From Lama guanicoe (Eukaryota), in contig MU053379.1 of NCBI GenBank assembly GCA_013239625.1, forward strand, positions 3,578,866-3,642,865: a stretch of 64,000 nucleotides of DNA. The letters run 5' to 3'. The notes beneath the pieces were generated by a model. It was not told where the DNA came from and did no database searches. It saw only the letters and a program-made list of their open reading frames with translations. A program made the translations under genes and the position numbers. Positions 23,980 to 36,945 of this stretch are shown piece by piece (the first letter of the stretch is position 1; the number at the start of each line of letters is the position of its first letter).

Positions 23980-24330
23980 ATTTTATTGAACACTTAGTAT
24001 GTGCCGGACACTGTGTGAAGGTCCTTCCAGTGCAGCGTTTGATTTAATTCCCCAAATAACCGCATCAGTTAGGAAACACCAATTATTAACTTTGTTTTAA
24101 AGACACGGACACCGATGTTTGAGGAGGCTTCCCACAGATTGTGGGGTCAGGGTGTGCGGCCTGAGCCTCCCCTCCTCCGTGTGACCTCGGGCAGGTTACA
24201 GAACCTTTTTGAGCCTCACTTCCCGGCTGTGTGAAATGGAGCTCAGAACAGAGCCGATTCTCAGTTTGTCACAAGGATGAGATGAGACTGTGTAAGTGAG
24301 GCGTCTGCTGGCGCCCGGTGGTAAACACCC
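23980..24330. mobile_element. MIR fragments
   Basis: tttattgaacacttagtatgtgccggacactgtg and gtgacctcgggcaggttac...gagcctcacttccc...tgaaatgg core motifs. Confidence 0.65.
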
Positions 24331-25923
24331 TCTGTCTTCTTGCTTCAGTCGCCTTCCTTGTCCTTCACTCTGACTACAGGGAGCTGGGATCCCGGCCAGG
24401 TCTGTCTGACCCTGGAAGCCACGCTCTGGCCCATCACACTGTGAAGCGTGACTTGGTCACACAGCGGCAGCGGCAGAAATTTCGGAGAGGGCTTCCTTAC
24501 CCCAAAGGGAACTTTCTTGTTTTCCCCCCTCCAGTCCCTTTTCTCTTTTTCGCCCTGGTACTGTGTTCTTTCTCTTCTATTCCTGGCCCGTTCTGTTGGT
24601 GGCCGTGGGGGACCCTCTCTCGGCCACCGATGTTTGGGACCACACAGACAGCAGACTCACAGGTCCTGCAGCTTCCTGGTGAAAACCTGCAGCAAAGACC
24701 CAGTTTAACATGCAAAGTCATGGCACTTTCAGATGCCTTTGGCTTAAAGAGGTGCTGCGTTTTACATGTGAGTTAAGCCTAATGCTGGTTTCTGGTTGGA
24801 GGGTTGGTCTCCACGGGGTCTGCCTCTTAGGGACAGGAAGCCACCAGACAGGAGCAGAACCGGGTTGAACGGGGACCTGTGGTTAGGTGGGGCCGGGCTG
24901 GCGGCAGCCTTGGGGGGGCGGTTTGCCCCGTCACTGCGGTGCTCTGTGGGCTAACCCCTCCTCTCCGGTACGATGCCCCCACTCCCTCCTTTCTCCTGTC
25001 TCCTTCTCAGGGCTGTGAGGTCCCCGCCGCAAAGGGAAAGCCGCGGGAGGTCATGCTGCTTGGGCCCGCAGCACACGGAGGAGAGCCGACCAGCCTCGTT
25101 TCCCTGGCAGGCGCCGGCCTCCCTGCCATGCTGGAAACGAACCGCCCGGCACAGGGCACACGAGCGAGTGCGCCGGCATCCCCCAGCTATCCTGGATTCA
25201 CGGTCGCCGGCCCCTCACCTGTGATCACGTCAGAAATAGGAGAGTGAAGGTGGGAAGTTATGCTCGGTGGTCCGTTCCCCGTCCCGAGCGGGTCTCCACA
25301 GGCGCCGGGCAATCCGGCGGCTGAATTTCAAGTTTGCTTTGAGCCCCCTAGGGTTTTCCTGGAGAAGTTAGTGTTTCTCTGCCCGCAGTGGGCTTAGCCC
25401 TCTGGGTGATCTTTTGGGGGAAAAAAAGGTACCACAGTGAAATAAGTGACAATGTCTGGGCAATTACAGCCGTGGAGGAAGAACAAGTTACACTCGGACT
25501 CAGTCACAAAATTGTCATCTAGATCGTGGTTGTCAAATCCGACCCAGTGCTGATGCAGCTGCTGGGGAAAGAAACGGGTCACCATCCATCTCAGGGATTC
25601 TTTGACAGGTTTCAATTTCAACGGGCGGCATCGTGGAAGGGAATTTGATAAAGGACTTGGCAATGAGGAGAATGCTTTCCTTTTCTCTCTCATCAATTTA
25701 AGGATCATCTGAGAATTTATAAATCTCGCGGGGCTTAAGGCTTCAAATTGTTTGCGTGTGAACTATTTATATCGTGAGGATTTCACTCCAAAGGAAATAG
25801 CGTGACCACACCACCCTTTGCAGGGAGTGGAAAGACCCTCATTTCTTCTAAAATTAATCAATCAATCATCAGTCTGTCATTAACAAGCTCATTGTTTTTA
25901 CTTAGACTTGTCTGATTAGCTGG

Positions 25924-26921
25924 TGTGTTTGTTGGCTGGGGCTGCAGTAACCGATGCCACAAACTGGGAGACTTAAGCAACAGAAATTTACTGTCTCACA
26001 ATTCTAGAGACTGGAAGTCGGAAATCAAGCTGTCGGCAGGGTTGGTTGCAGGGGAGAGCTGGGAGGGGAGGCTCTGCCCCGTCTCTCTTCTCGGCTGGTG
26101 GACAGCTGTCTTCTCCCTGTGTCTCTTCTCCACGAGTTCTCTCTGTGCACCTCTGTCCGTGTTCCCAATCTCCGCCTTTTATAATGACACCAGTCATTTG
26201 GATTAGGGCCCACCCTAATAACCTCATTTTAACTCGATTACCTCTGTGGAGACCCTACTTCAAATGCAGTCATCTTCTGAAGTACTGGGGGCTAGGATTT
26301 CAACGTATGTTTTTTCATTTTTTTCAAATCGAAGTATAGTCCATTTACAATGTTGTGTTAATTGCTAGTGTACAGCATAATGATTCAGTTTTACATACAT
26401 ATGTATTCCTTTTCATATTCTTTTTCTTTATAGACTATTACAAGGTGTTGAATATAGTATCCTGTGCTGTACAGTAGGACCTTGTTGTTTATCTACTTTA
26501 TATATGGTAGCTAGTATCTGTAAATCCTGAACTCCCAATTTATCCCTCCATTTCCCCTCTCTCCCCAGTAACCATAAGTTTGTTCTCTATGTCTGTGAGT
26601 CTGTTTCTGTTTTGTAAATAAGTTCATTTAGGTCATTTTTTAAGATTCCACATGTAAGTGATCTCATGTGGTATTTTTCTTTCTTTCACTTGGTATAACA
26701 ATCTCCAGGTCCACCCATGTTGCTGCAAATAACATTATTTTATTCTTTTTTATGGCTGAGTAGTATTCCATTGTATAAATATACCACAACTTCTTTATCC
26801 AGTCATCTGTTGGTGGACATTTGGGTTGCTTCCATGTCTTGGCTATTGTAAACAGTGCTGCTACAAACATTGAGGTCCATCAGCATATCTTTTTGAAGAG
26901 GACTCAGTTCAACCTGCAACA
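25924..26921 (-). mobile_element. MLT1 (MaLR) LTR interrupted by an L1 3' fragment
   Basis: ccacaaactggg..cttaagcaacagaaattta..ctcacaattctagag..ctggaagtc..aaatcaag; ggattagggcccacccta; resumes after the L1 with tcagttcaacctgcaaca. Confidence 0.8.
26315..26878 (-). mobile_element. L1 3' end, artiodactyl/camelid type, 5'-truncated
   Basis: ORF 26664-26870 MFVAALFTIAKTWKQPKCP..WIKKLWYIYTMEYYSAIK is the L1 ORF2 C-terminus; degenerate TSD tcaacgtatgttttt / tcagcatatcttttt. Confidence 0.9.
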
Positions 26922-28954
26922 TTTGGGGTCGGTTTAGGGTGGGAGTGATGAGGGTGTCATGTCCTGGTGATGCCGGAGTTTAGTCTGATCCTGGCGCCTG
27001 CCTCTGAGTATAAGGAACCTGGGGTTGGGTGTGAAGTGGTTGGGGATACTTAAGGCATATGACTTCAAAAGGGATGAAAAAAATATTTGGAATAGCAATC
27101 CCATTGGGAATGGTATGTTAGCTCAGGAAACCGGCAGGAAGTTTTCTGGGACCGTTCTGCCTGCTGACGGGCTTCGTATAGTTCAGCTCTGCCTGCTACG
27201 CCCTGTCGTGTCTTTTTTGTCATCTATTTTCAGTATCGCAGCATCTAATTGTATGTCTCAGATAGACATCTAATTCTCACTGAATTAATGAGGGATTTTA
27301 GGCCTTTCTAATAACTTGCAGTGAATACTGAGAGGTAATTCTAACACCTCGATCTTTCTGTGACTTCTGACTTTTAGGCGCTCACGGCATACCAAGGACA
27401 GCCTTGTTACTGTCATCCTTTATCATCACATGGACCTGAGTCTGCAAGTCTCACTGCTTCTATCTTGAGGGGGGAGCATCCAGGGAACAGAAGAGCAGGC
27501 TCTGTTTTCTACACCATGAAGAGGGCAGTAAGGCCGCCCTGTCCCTTTATTCTGGAGAGTTCTCTGTGTAGCTAGATCGTCTTCCAAAGCAGTCCTTCTG
27601 GTCTATTTTAGCATCCCCGTGTACACTGGCTGGTGTCTGGGGCAGGAGCAGTTCTGGATGAATTGAGAAGAAAGCCAACAAGACTTCTATTATAATGCAC
27701 TGTTTATTATTGGATCAATATGATCGATGTCCACCTGTCAGATCTGTAACATTATCTGGGAACCAGCAGATGGAGCTGTTACAGATAGCATTCAGCGGTT
27801 TGTTTATTCTCCTGAGCACGTGCTTCCATCCTGAGGGAAATGCCGCTTCATTGTTCGAGCGGTGGGGTTGTTTGTACCCAGATGTTGACCACGCCTTTCT
27901 CTTGGCTCAGGCCCACGTCTGTGGAGCGGGAAGGTCGTTTAGGTTGGGGGTGGGGGCAAGGTTTTCATGTGGAAAAGGTCCGATGGCAGTCTCCCGCCAC
28001 CTCCTGCAGGCCTCTGCATGGCAGGAACGGGAGCTTGGGGCGCACGAGGAGGAAATGAGACATGCTGCTTTCGGGCAGCCCGACGCTTAGAACCACAGAA
28101 GCGTTTACAATTGGGCAGACTCGGGGGGAGAGGGAGACGGCTTGATGACGACTCATTTCATAAACAGAGCACCAGTGTTGATAGACTCCGAAGGGTGCAT
28201 ATGCAGAGCGTCCCTTGGGATCTGCAGGGACTGCTGGTCCAGGAGAAGACGCGGTTCTATTCGCTCCAGCCGGCTCGACAGATGCCTCTTACAGATGTGT
28301 TCTGGAGGGTGGGGGTGGTTGCTCGTCACCCGGGGCTTTGAGGACACTCAGAAACACTTCAAAGGTATCCGTGTTCTCTTTTCCAATGGAGGGCTTCCTT
28401 TCCTGGGGGACGCTTAGCACACGCAAGGCCACCAGAGCAAGGATGGGACTTCTGCTCTCCTCGGGGAGGCCAGAAGGAGAGGGAGTTCATCTGGGGCCGG
28501 GATCAAGGGCGTGGAGTGACAAGGTGTTCCAGCAACAGCGTCCTTTTCCTCCAGGGTGGTCCATGAATACCGATTTGGAAAATGATGTACGAAGACCCCC
28601 AGGTGCAATAAGCGTGAGACAACGTGGGGGAAAATGAACACCCTGCGTGATGGCTTATGAATTACAGGTTTTTGAAACCTACTTGTTGGTTTTCCTGAGG
28701 GAAGACAGTGCGGAGTTAACCAATCAACTACTTTTTGAAATGTTTAGAGCTTAAAAAAATGTTTTTTTCTTTTTTAACCCAAACTAGAAACAATTAGTGG
28801 GATTTGGGACCATGTGTTCACTTTATTCTTTTCTAAGTTATGTCACTTGTAGAGTAAACATTTAAATCACAATGAATGCTTGAGGAATGAGGCTTCCATG
28901 GTTACAACACTTACAATTTAGAGCTAATATAATTTTTTTTACTGAAAACATGAC

Positions 28955-29525
28955 CTTATTTTATTTTATTATTTAAAATAATTGGAGTATAGTCAATTTA
29001 CAATGTTGTGTTAGTTTCTGGTGTACAGCACAGTGATTCAGTTACACATGCATAGACATATATTCCTTTTCATATTCTTTTTCATGACAGGTTATTAGAA
29101 CATATTGAATACAGGTCCCTGTGCTCTACAGTAGGACCTTGTTGTTTATCTGTTTTATATGTAGTAGTTAGTATCTGCTAATCCAGAACTCCCAGTTTAT
29201 CCCTCCCCACCCACCCCTTTCCCCCCTGAAAACCATAAATTTGTTTTCTATGTCTGAGAGTCTGTCTCTGTTTTGTAAATAAGTTCATTTGTGTCCTTTT
29301 CTTTTTTGATCCCACATTAAGTGATATCATGTGATATTTGTCTTTGTCTGACTTACTTCACTTAGTATGACATTCTCAAGGTCCATCCATGTTGCTGCAA
29401 GTGGCATTATTTTATCCTTTTTTATGGCTGAGTAGTGTTCCACTGCGTATATACACCACAGCTTCTTTGTCCACTCATCTGCCAGTGGACATGTAGGTGT
29501 TTCCATGTCATGGCTGTAGAGCTAA
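28955..29525 (-). mobile_element. L1 3' end, 5'-truncated
   Basis: Same 3' UTR family as 26315-26878 (tttacaatgttgtgttagtttctggtgtacagc...tttttatggctgagtagt). Confidence 0.88.
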
Positions 29526-29548
29526 TACATATATAAAGGTATTATATG

Positions 29549-29590
29549 TATGTGTGTGTGTGTGTGTGTATAGATAGATAGATAGATAGT
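29549..29590. repeat. (TG)n plus (TAGA)n microsatellite
   Basis: Directly visible. Confidence 0.9.
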
Positions 29591-31353
29591 ATCTTTCAAC
29601 ATAGTTGGAAGCATTTCTAGAATGTATTTGTCCAAAGTCTTTCAAAGTGTTTACAATATAGTAAAGATAATTGTGCATTTTAGGAAGCGGTCTAGGATCT
29701 TGCAATTTCTGGTGCTACTGTGCAATTTTAGGAGACAAAGGGTGACTGGTTAGAGTGTTCTGACCTAGGGAGCAAGCTGGATCTCCCTCCTTGGAATGGG
29801 AGAAGTGGATTCTGTATCCCTGAACTGAACAGGCCATCCCTCTGATGAACAGTGCCTTTCTCTGAGAGGTGGCAGCCAAAAATCGGCTGGGGTTCTGTTA
29901 GCACAGCTCCAGTCAACTCAGGTTCCGTGGGAGTCATGGCTGTCATTTATGGTCTCACGTCTCAGAGGCTCTTTGAAGGATAATGCATTTTTCTATTTAT
30001 ATTTTAAAATCTATTATGACATTTCCCCCAACAAATAGAAGTAAGGATAAGTTTTGAAGAAGGATAAGTTTCTAATTTGCATGAAACCCCATTGAACAGC
30101 ACTGGCCTATGTTTACACACATATAATTACACACATATAATGCACCTATATTCACACACAGTACATCTGCATAATACTTCATATATTATATCACATTATA
30201 TCACCTTTTTCCACTTACCAATATATCTTGAAGATTTTTGCACATCTTTCTTTCATCCTTCTTAATGACTACATAATATTCCACAATGTCAATGCATCAT
30301 AATTTATCTAACTTAGCTCCTCATGAGGGACATTAAGTCATTTCCAAATTTACACTGTATTAAATGGTGTATGGGATGTAACAATCTTTGAACTAACAGG
30401 AGAGAATTTGTTTAAAATAGTTTCCTAGAAGAAATTCCGAGTTAAATGGTTTATTTGACACTTTTAAACAGACTGCCAATCTAAGGCATTTGTCTGAGCG
30501 CCCACCTGCCAGTCTATGATGTAGCTCCTGGAGTAAGTGCATCATAAGAGAGAGGACGAATTAAGCCTTCAAGGGTTCCACACATCTCTTCATAGCATTT
30601 GAAATGAATTCTCTTACCTCCTTCTTGTAACCCTGCCAGTCGCACTTTCACTCTCCCTTCATTGCCTGGGCCAGCATTTACTAACCCCAGACAGTGTCTG
30701 GGTGCGTCTGCAGGGGATGAAGGTAATTGCTATCCACTTTCTGCGTCTCTTGGCACCTGCCCTGTGACAGCCAGTCCTACCCTATTTTGCTGGTTGGGTA
30801 AAGAGATGGCAAGAACTTTTGCTGCCCCTTCAAAGCCATTTCTTAAATGCTCCCCATGGGAAGAGGGTCTCAGGACAGTGGCGATGGGCAGATTCCACCA
30901 GGCTCAAGGTCAGGTGAGGAGAGAGTTCTCCAATCATGGGGAATCCTCTGGACCAAGGGAACACAGGACGGACGGGCCCCGGGGGGCCCAGCAAGAGCGA
31001 GACTGCAGCACAGTCGGGGGACTGAGGGAGCAGGACCAACCTGGCGTGTGAGATGCTGGGAAGAGTGAGGACCCCGAGGGAGAGGTGTTCATTGGGAAGC
31101 AGGGAGCTTAGGAGATGGTACTGCGCGACTTGTCAGACTAAATAGGAGGCACCAGAAGAAAATGACAAGGGGTAAAGGCAGTGACAGTTCCAGGGGAGAG
31201 GACGGTGGCAGTTCCGTCATTAGCTGTGATCTGAGATCAATACAGCCTGTTTGGTTTGAGTTCCCTTACTCTTAACTCAAGCGCTGCTCCAGTGTCATCT
31301 ATCGGCAGGCTTTTTACCTGGGCACAGATACCCTTCACAGTGTGCAGCATGGG

Positions 31354-31379
31354 GTGTGTGTGTGTGTGTGTGTGTGTGT
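31354..31379. repeat. (TG)n microsatellite
   Basis: Directly visible. Confidence 0.9.
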
Positions 31380-33445
31380 CTGCGCATGCTCACGCATATA
31401 CTGTCCTGGAGGATTGTTTCAATACAAGATTTGTGAGTAACATTGGATTCTCAAAACACAGTAATGCCGAGAGAAGAGGAACTGCTTGAATGCCGACTCC
31501 GAGAGGCAGCACCAGCTGTCTGCACCAGGGGCCAGCTTTCCAGAATTCCAAAGATGTGCATACACAGGGCATCTTGCCAGGTCCACAGCGAAACAGGTAA
31601 AGGAAGCGCCTCTCTCCCCTTATGTTAGAATATTGGTAACATTTAAATTTTTTAAATTGATGTATAATCAGTTACAATGTGTCAATCTCTGGTGTAACAT
31701 TATTTTTTGACATGAGCACTGCGGATCTAAGGTGGAGTGCAGGGCAGAATTCATGTGACTTTTCATGATGAAATATAAGCGATTGGGAATTTCGCACCTG
31801 CTGCTGGTTGCCTCAAACTACACTAGCCAAATAGACCAGAAAGTTTACTTTCGTGTGCTTCAAACTCTGATTTTTCATCATCTTTCTCACCTTGAATGTC
31901 AGGCGGGGCACCCGGACTACCTTTCTTTCAGAAGGACGTAATCATCAACATGCCTGTCTTTGCCGTTTCAAAACAAGGGTCCATCCCTGCATGCTTTATG
32001 GAATTTCGTACTTTCTTACTGCACGGCTTCTGCTGGCTCAGACATGTTTCTTTAAAGAAAATCAGGAGAAGACCAACAGCCTGAGAACCTTGGAGATCTG
32101 TTGACTCTTGAATTTTTTCTGAAGTTGGCAGGACACTTGCCCTCCTCTCTGCCCATCACTTAGGTGGGGATGTCCACGAAGGCACCAGACCTAAAGGAAA
32201 GGCGACTCTGGATGAGTCTGTGGCTTCCTGGGCACGGAACGCCCTTCTCCAGGAGCAGACACAGCCCGCCCTCGGCCAGGTCTGGACTCACCAGGACTGA
32301 GTCATTTCAGGTGGACACGCTTGTTTGTCCCGGGCACAAACACACAAAGGCACCCTGTTCCAAAGTGGCGCAGGATGACACGGGAGTGCCTGGCACAAAA
32401 CCACACTCCTCGGCCACCTGGAAGTCACTTGCGATGGTGGAAACCAAACAGAAGCTGAGGCACCAGCCTCCCTTCCCGCAGCTCAGCGGGCTGGGCGGCG
32501 CCGCGGAGCGCACGCTCCCGGGCGCGGGGGACGCTGCCCGGAGCTGGTGCCATCCTGCAGTCTGGCTGCGTGGCAAGCTGAGCTGGTGAGGGCAGCTGTT
32601 AAACAAGGGATGCTGTGCCCCCCGCAAAGGACTCCACCACCTGGCTCCTTGTCACAGAGGCAGTGAGGACAGCGGGGATTTTTCAGAAGCAGTGATTTAT
32701 GCAATGAAACTTAGCGGCCGATTTCCAGGGCGGTGCCTGGTGCCTGGTGCTTGTTCGTGCTTCCTGTTGGGAGCGTACTGGAGGACGGCCTCTGCTTGTG
32801 GGCATCTTGGGTTTCCATTGCTGACAGCAGCCAGAGCCATCTGCACACATGAAGACCGTCTCTCTCTCTCTTTAATTTGTCACGTCCAAAAAGTATGACT
32901 ACTCTGCAAAATCATTTGGATGAATGAGGTCTGATTGACAAGCACACAGCCTGTGTGTGAGAACTTTGGGGCTGAGGTGACGAGAAGCTCCTGGAAGGTT
33001 ATGTTAATTCTTAACATGCAAAGACGGCCACAAGTTGGAAGCTAATACTTTACAGTAAAGCTGAAATCTATTATTATTTCAGGGTATTAGCATTGTTTGG
33101 CATAGAATAACTTAACCATAATGACACATTGAGAAATCAATATGACACGGGAGCCAGGGTGCATTTTCTTAAACATGAATTGGCTGATGGCTTTAGCAAG
33201 GTTTTAACAGAAGGAGTAAGCAAATTTCAAAAGTAAATGAATCAGAAACTGATGAGCAAGTAATACATCTGTAGCACATAAATGATTTTGGCTTAGCTTG
33301 TGATTATCGCCATATTGTTCTAGAAATACATATTTCTCTCTTTTGCTTTGTGTTCAAATTATTCCATGTGTCCCAGAGTTGCACACATTTGATATATTTT
33401 AGGAACTTGTTACTCATCAGCAAGAAACTCAAATGACCTTTTCTT

Positions 33446-34185
33446 TTTTTTTTAACATTTTTTATTGATTTATAATCATTTTACAATGTTGTGTCAAATT
33501 CCAGTGTAGAACACAATTTTGCAGTTATACACGAACATGTATATATTCATTGTCACATTTTTTTCTCTATGAGCTACCATAAGATTTTGTGTATATTTCC
33601 CTGTGCTGTATAGTATAATCTTGTTTATCTATTCTACAATTTTGAAATTCCAGTCTATCTCTTCCCACCTTCTGCCCCCTTGGCAACCACAAGTTTATAT
33701 TCTATGTCTGTGAGTCTATTTCTGTTTTGTATTTATGCTTTTTTTTTTAGATTCCACACATGAGCGAGCTCATATGGTATTTTTCTTTCTCTTTCTGGCT
33801 TACTTCACTTAGAATGACATTCTCCAGAAGCATCCATGTTGCTGCAAATGGTGTTATGTTGTCGGTTTTTATGGCTGAGTAGTATTCCATTGTGTAAATA
33901 TACCACCTCTTCTTTATCCAGTCATCTGTTGATGGACATTTAGGCTGTTTCCATGTCTTGGCTATTGTAACTAGTGCTGCTATGAACATTGGGGTGCAGG
34001 TGTCATCCTGAAGTAGGGTTCCTTCTCGATATATGCCCAGGAGCGGGATTCCTGGGTCATATGGTAAGTCTATTCCTAGTCTTTTGAGGAATCTCCATAC
34101 TGTTTTCCACAGTGGCTGCACCCAACTGCATTCCCACCAGCAGTGAAGGAGGGTTCCCTTTTCTCCACAGCCTCTCCAGCATTTG
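33446..34185 (-). mobile_element. Young 5'-truncated L1 with open ORF2 C-terminus and perfect TSD
   Basis: ORF 33747-34211 [16 protein letters not shown]...CTPMFIAALVTIAKTWKQPKCP (ORF2 C-terminal Cys-rich region); TSD tcaaatgaccttttctt at 33429-33445 and 34186-34202; poly-T tail. Confidence 0.95.
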
Positions 34186-34915
34186 TCAAATGACCTTTTC
34201 TTAAGAGACACTCAATTGAGTATTGCTCAGCAAGGTGGTATGAAACATTGAAGATGGTGCGAAAGATGGTTGGATTTTTTTAGTGACGGAAAGAGAAAGT
34301 AATGTTCTCCCCTAAAATTCCCTGCTCTTTTTCTCAACATGGAAATCAATGACATTTTTTTTTTGCAGCTAACTATGAGAAAGTCAAATACTTGTTGAAA
34401 GTAATTTAAGTAACACAAAGTAATAGGTGAAGGCGACTCTCTAATTCTACTCAGAGGTTACAACTGACAATAACTTGACACATGTACTTCTCAATTTTTA
34501 GATGCATAGATACAAGCAAATACATGTAAATAAGATGAATGGGGTTACCCAGTGTCTGCTGCTCCGTAAACTGCTTTCCCGCGGACTAGCTCTCTAGGAC
34601 GGTAAACGCAGATCCGGCATGAAGAGAGATGCTCCATCATTTATTTCACTAGTCTCCTGCCGACAGGTGTTTAGTCGGTTCCAGTTTTCTACTTTCATAA
34701 CCAGCATTTCAGCCACTATTTTGTCTCTACGTCAGTGCATATTTTTCAGGTGTGTTCTGAGGGTAAATTACCTTGGCTGCTATTGCTGCTATTTTTTTTT
34801 CTAAAAAAATTTAAGCAAACACTTAGGTTTTTGGGTATAAACTCTAAAACCCTCTTGATTATCCACATGGTGAGACTGAATTCCAGGCTGAATTTCTCTT
34901 GTCATCCGGGGTTTT

Positions 34916-35412
34916 GTGGGCAGAATTCTAAGGTAGCCCCCAAGATGCCAGCCCCCTCCCCCTGCTGTATGCCCCGTGTGATCCCTGCTGCTGAGTGGGG
35001 GGAAGACTGTGAATATGGTGGGGTATCTCCCCTGCGGTCACATCACTAATTGGTTGAGTTTGTGTTAATCATAGGGGAGATCGTGGGTGGGCCTGGCCTA
35101 ACCAGGTGAGCACACCCTGCTGGCCAGGAAGGAAGCCAACAGCCATGTTGAGAACTGCCTAGTGGCCACATGGCCAGAAACCTTGAGTGGCCTCTAGGAG
35201 TGGAGGTGGGTCCCTGGCCAGAGGCCTCAGCCCTATAACCAGAAGACATTGAACTCTTCCAGTGAATTAGGAAGAAGACCCTGAGTCTCAAATGAGAATT
35301 GCTGGCACCTTGATCTCAGTCTGGTGAGTCCCTGAGCAGAGGCCCCAGCCAACCTGCACTTGAGTTACATCTGTCTTGTTTATGCAGCTACGTTTGTGGT
35401 GACTGATTATAC
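34916..35412 (+). mobile_element. MLT1E/F-like MaLR LTR
   Basis: tgtgggcagaattctaaggtagcccccaaga...ggccacatggccagaaacc..gagtggcctctagga...gagtccctgagcagagg.cccagc. Confidence 0.75.
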
Positions 35413-35799
35413 AGAATAAAAAACCAGTATCACAATGAACGGAGGCCGGGCACTGCCGGGGTGGTCTAGACTTTTTCTGTGGCTATCAGGCCCGGGGACA
35501 TGGACCCTCCCCAGTACCCACCCTGCACAGAGACTCGGTGGGCCAGTCTGAGCTCTCGGCTGGGGCCTTCTTCCTGGAGGCCAGAGCTTGGCACTCAGGC
35601 CACAGTCCTGCCCTTCAGGAAGGCTCTTCTGGAGAAGAGACACCCAGCTTTCCTCTCTCAGCGCTGGGGCTACCCACAGGGCCACATGAGAGATCCTTGT
35701 TCGTCTAGCAGTTTTAAATGATTTAACTGGCTTTTCCTAAGGTGCAAGGAATTCCCGGCTGTCACTTTGGGCTCGTGTAGTCCTGTTTTATTCAAAGGG

Positions 35800-36075
35800 C
35801 TGTAAGCTGTTACTGTCAATCATTTTGATGCTCAGATTGTCATAGGTGTTCCCAGTGGGTGGCCCTTCAGGCTGTCTCCTGTGTCCTTCTGATCCATCCC
35901 ATCACTGAGCACTTATTTCTGTGTTCTGACACAACAAGATATTCCACGTTCATCCCGTGCCTTCCCTGGAATCAGCCATTCCTACAGGGAACCCTTGTTC
36001 CTTTTTGTGGCGAATGGTATTTAGAAACCAAGATCTGGGCTGTAGAGGTGCTCACAGCTCCTAGGGTCTCCCGAG
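35800..36075. mobile_element. Old L1 (L1MC-like) fragment
   Basis: tttgatgctcagattgtc...gacacaacaagatattcc..ctggaatcagccatt..tggtatttagaaaccaagatctggg. Confidence 0.6.
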
Positions 36076-36439
36076 CTGAGAAACTGCTTTTCTCCCTCCT
36101 TCCCTGACTCCTTTTTCTTCTCTCTCTCTCTCTCCATCCATTTATGTTAAAAACCCTAAGTTCATGCTGAACTCATTTGCTTCATTTGGGATAGAAGTTC
36201 AAAACAAATACTATGAGTTTGTTGAAATTGTTGAAAGATCTTTTCTTCCATTCCTAAAAAAGTGACCTTTGTGGACTGGTTTCTGTACTGTCGTGTTATT
36301 AAGGCCAAACTAGAAACAGTCTAACTATACTTTCTGTGCTGGGAGTAGAATTGTCAATCCAACCTGGGTCATGTTTGTGAACAAGAGAGGAGAAGGCTCA
36401 TGTGTCATGTTAAAAACTTTGAATATTTTGTGTAGTTTT

Positions 36440-36945
36440 TGTTTGGGTTATCTATTACTAAACTGCCCCCTAAGCCGAGTGGCTTAAATACAACCACATT
36501 GCATCATATGTCATGAATGTTCATGATGGGAATTCAGACCTAGCTCAGCTGGGCACATCTGCTTTACCTGGATGCTGCCTGAGGTTACTGGGTGCTGTTC
36601 AGCCACTGGCCGCTCTGGTCTGGAAAGTCCAAGATGTGCTACCTCACATGCCTGGTGCCTTGGAGGGTGTGGCTGGGACACTGGACTGATGCTGTGGACT
36701 CAGGGGCTCTCTTCACAGTCTTTCCCACAAGGTCTATGTGGTGGCTTGGGTTTCCAAGAGTGTGTGTTCCAAGACACAGGAAGTAGAATTTTCCCTCTCT
36801 TGAGGCTCAGGCCTTGAAGATGGTGCATTGTCACTTGCCCCACATTCTCTGGGTCAGTGTTGTCACAGAGCCTGCTCAGACAAATGGGGAGGGTACAAGT
36901 CCCACCTGCCCAGGGAAGGGTGTCAAAAAACGTGCGGCCCAGACG
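36440..36945 (-). mobile_element. MLT1 (H/I/J-like) MaLR LTR
   Basis: gttatctatt..ccccta....agtggcttaaa; ctcagctgggc; tccaagatg..tcacatgcctgg; cacattct..gggtca. Confidence 0.65.

Noticed and set aside
33747..34211. 154-aa ORF as a host gene
   Set aside because: C-terminus of L1 ORF2 in a truncated insertion
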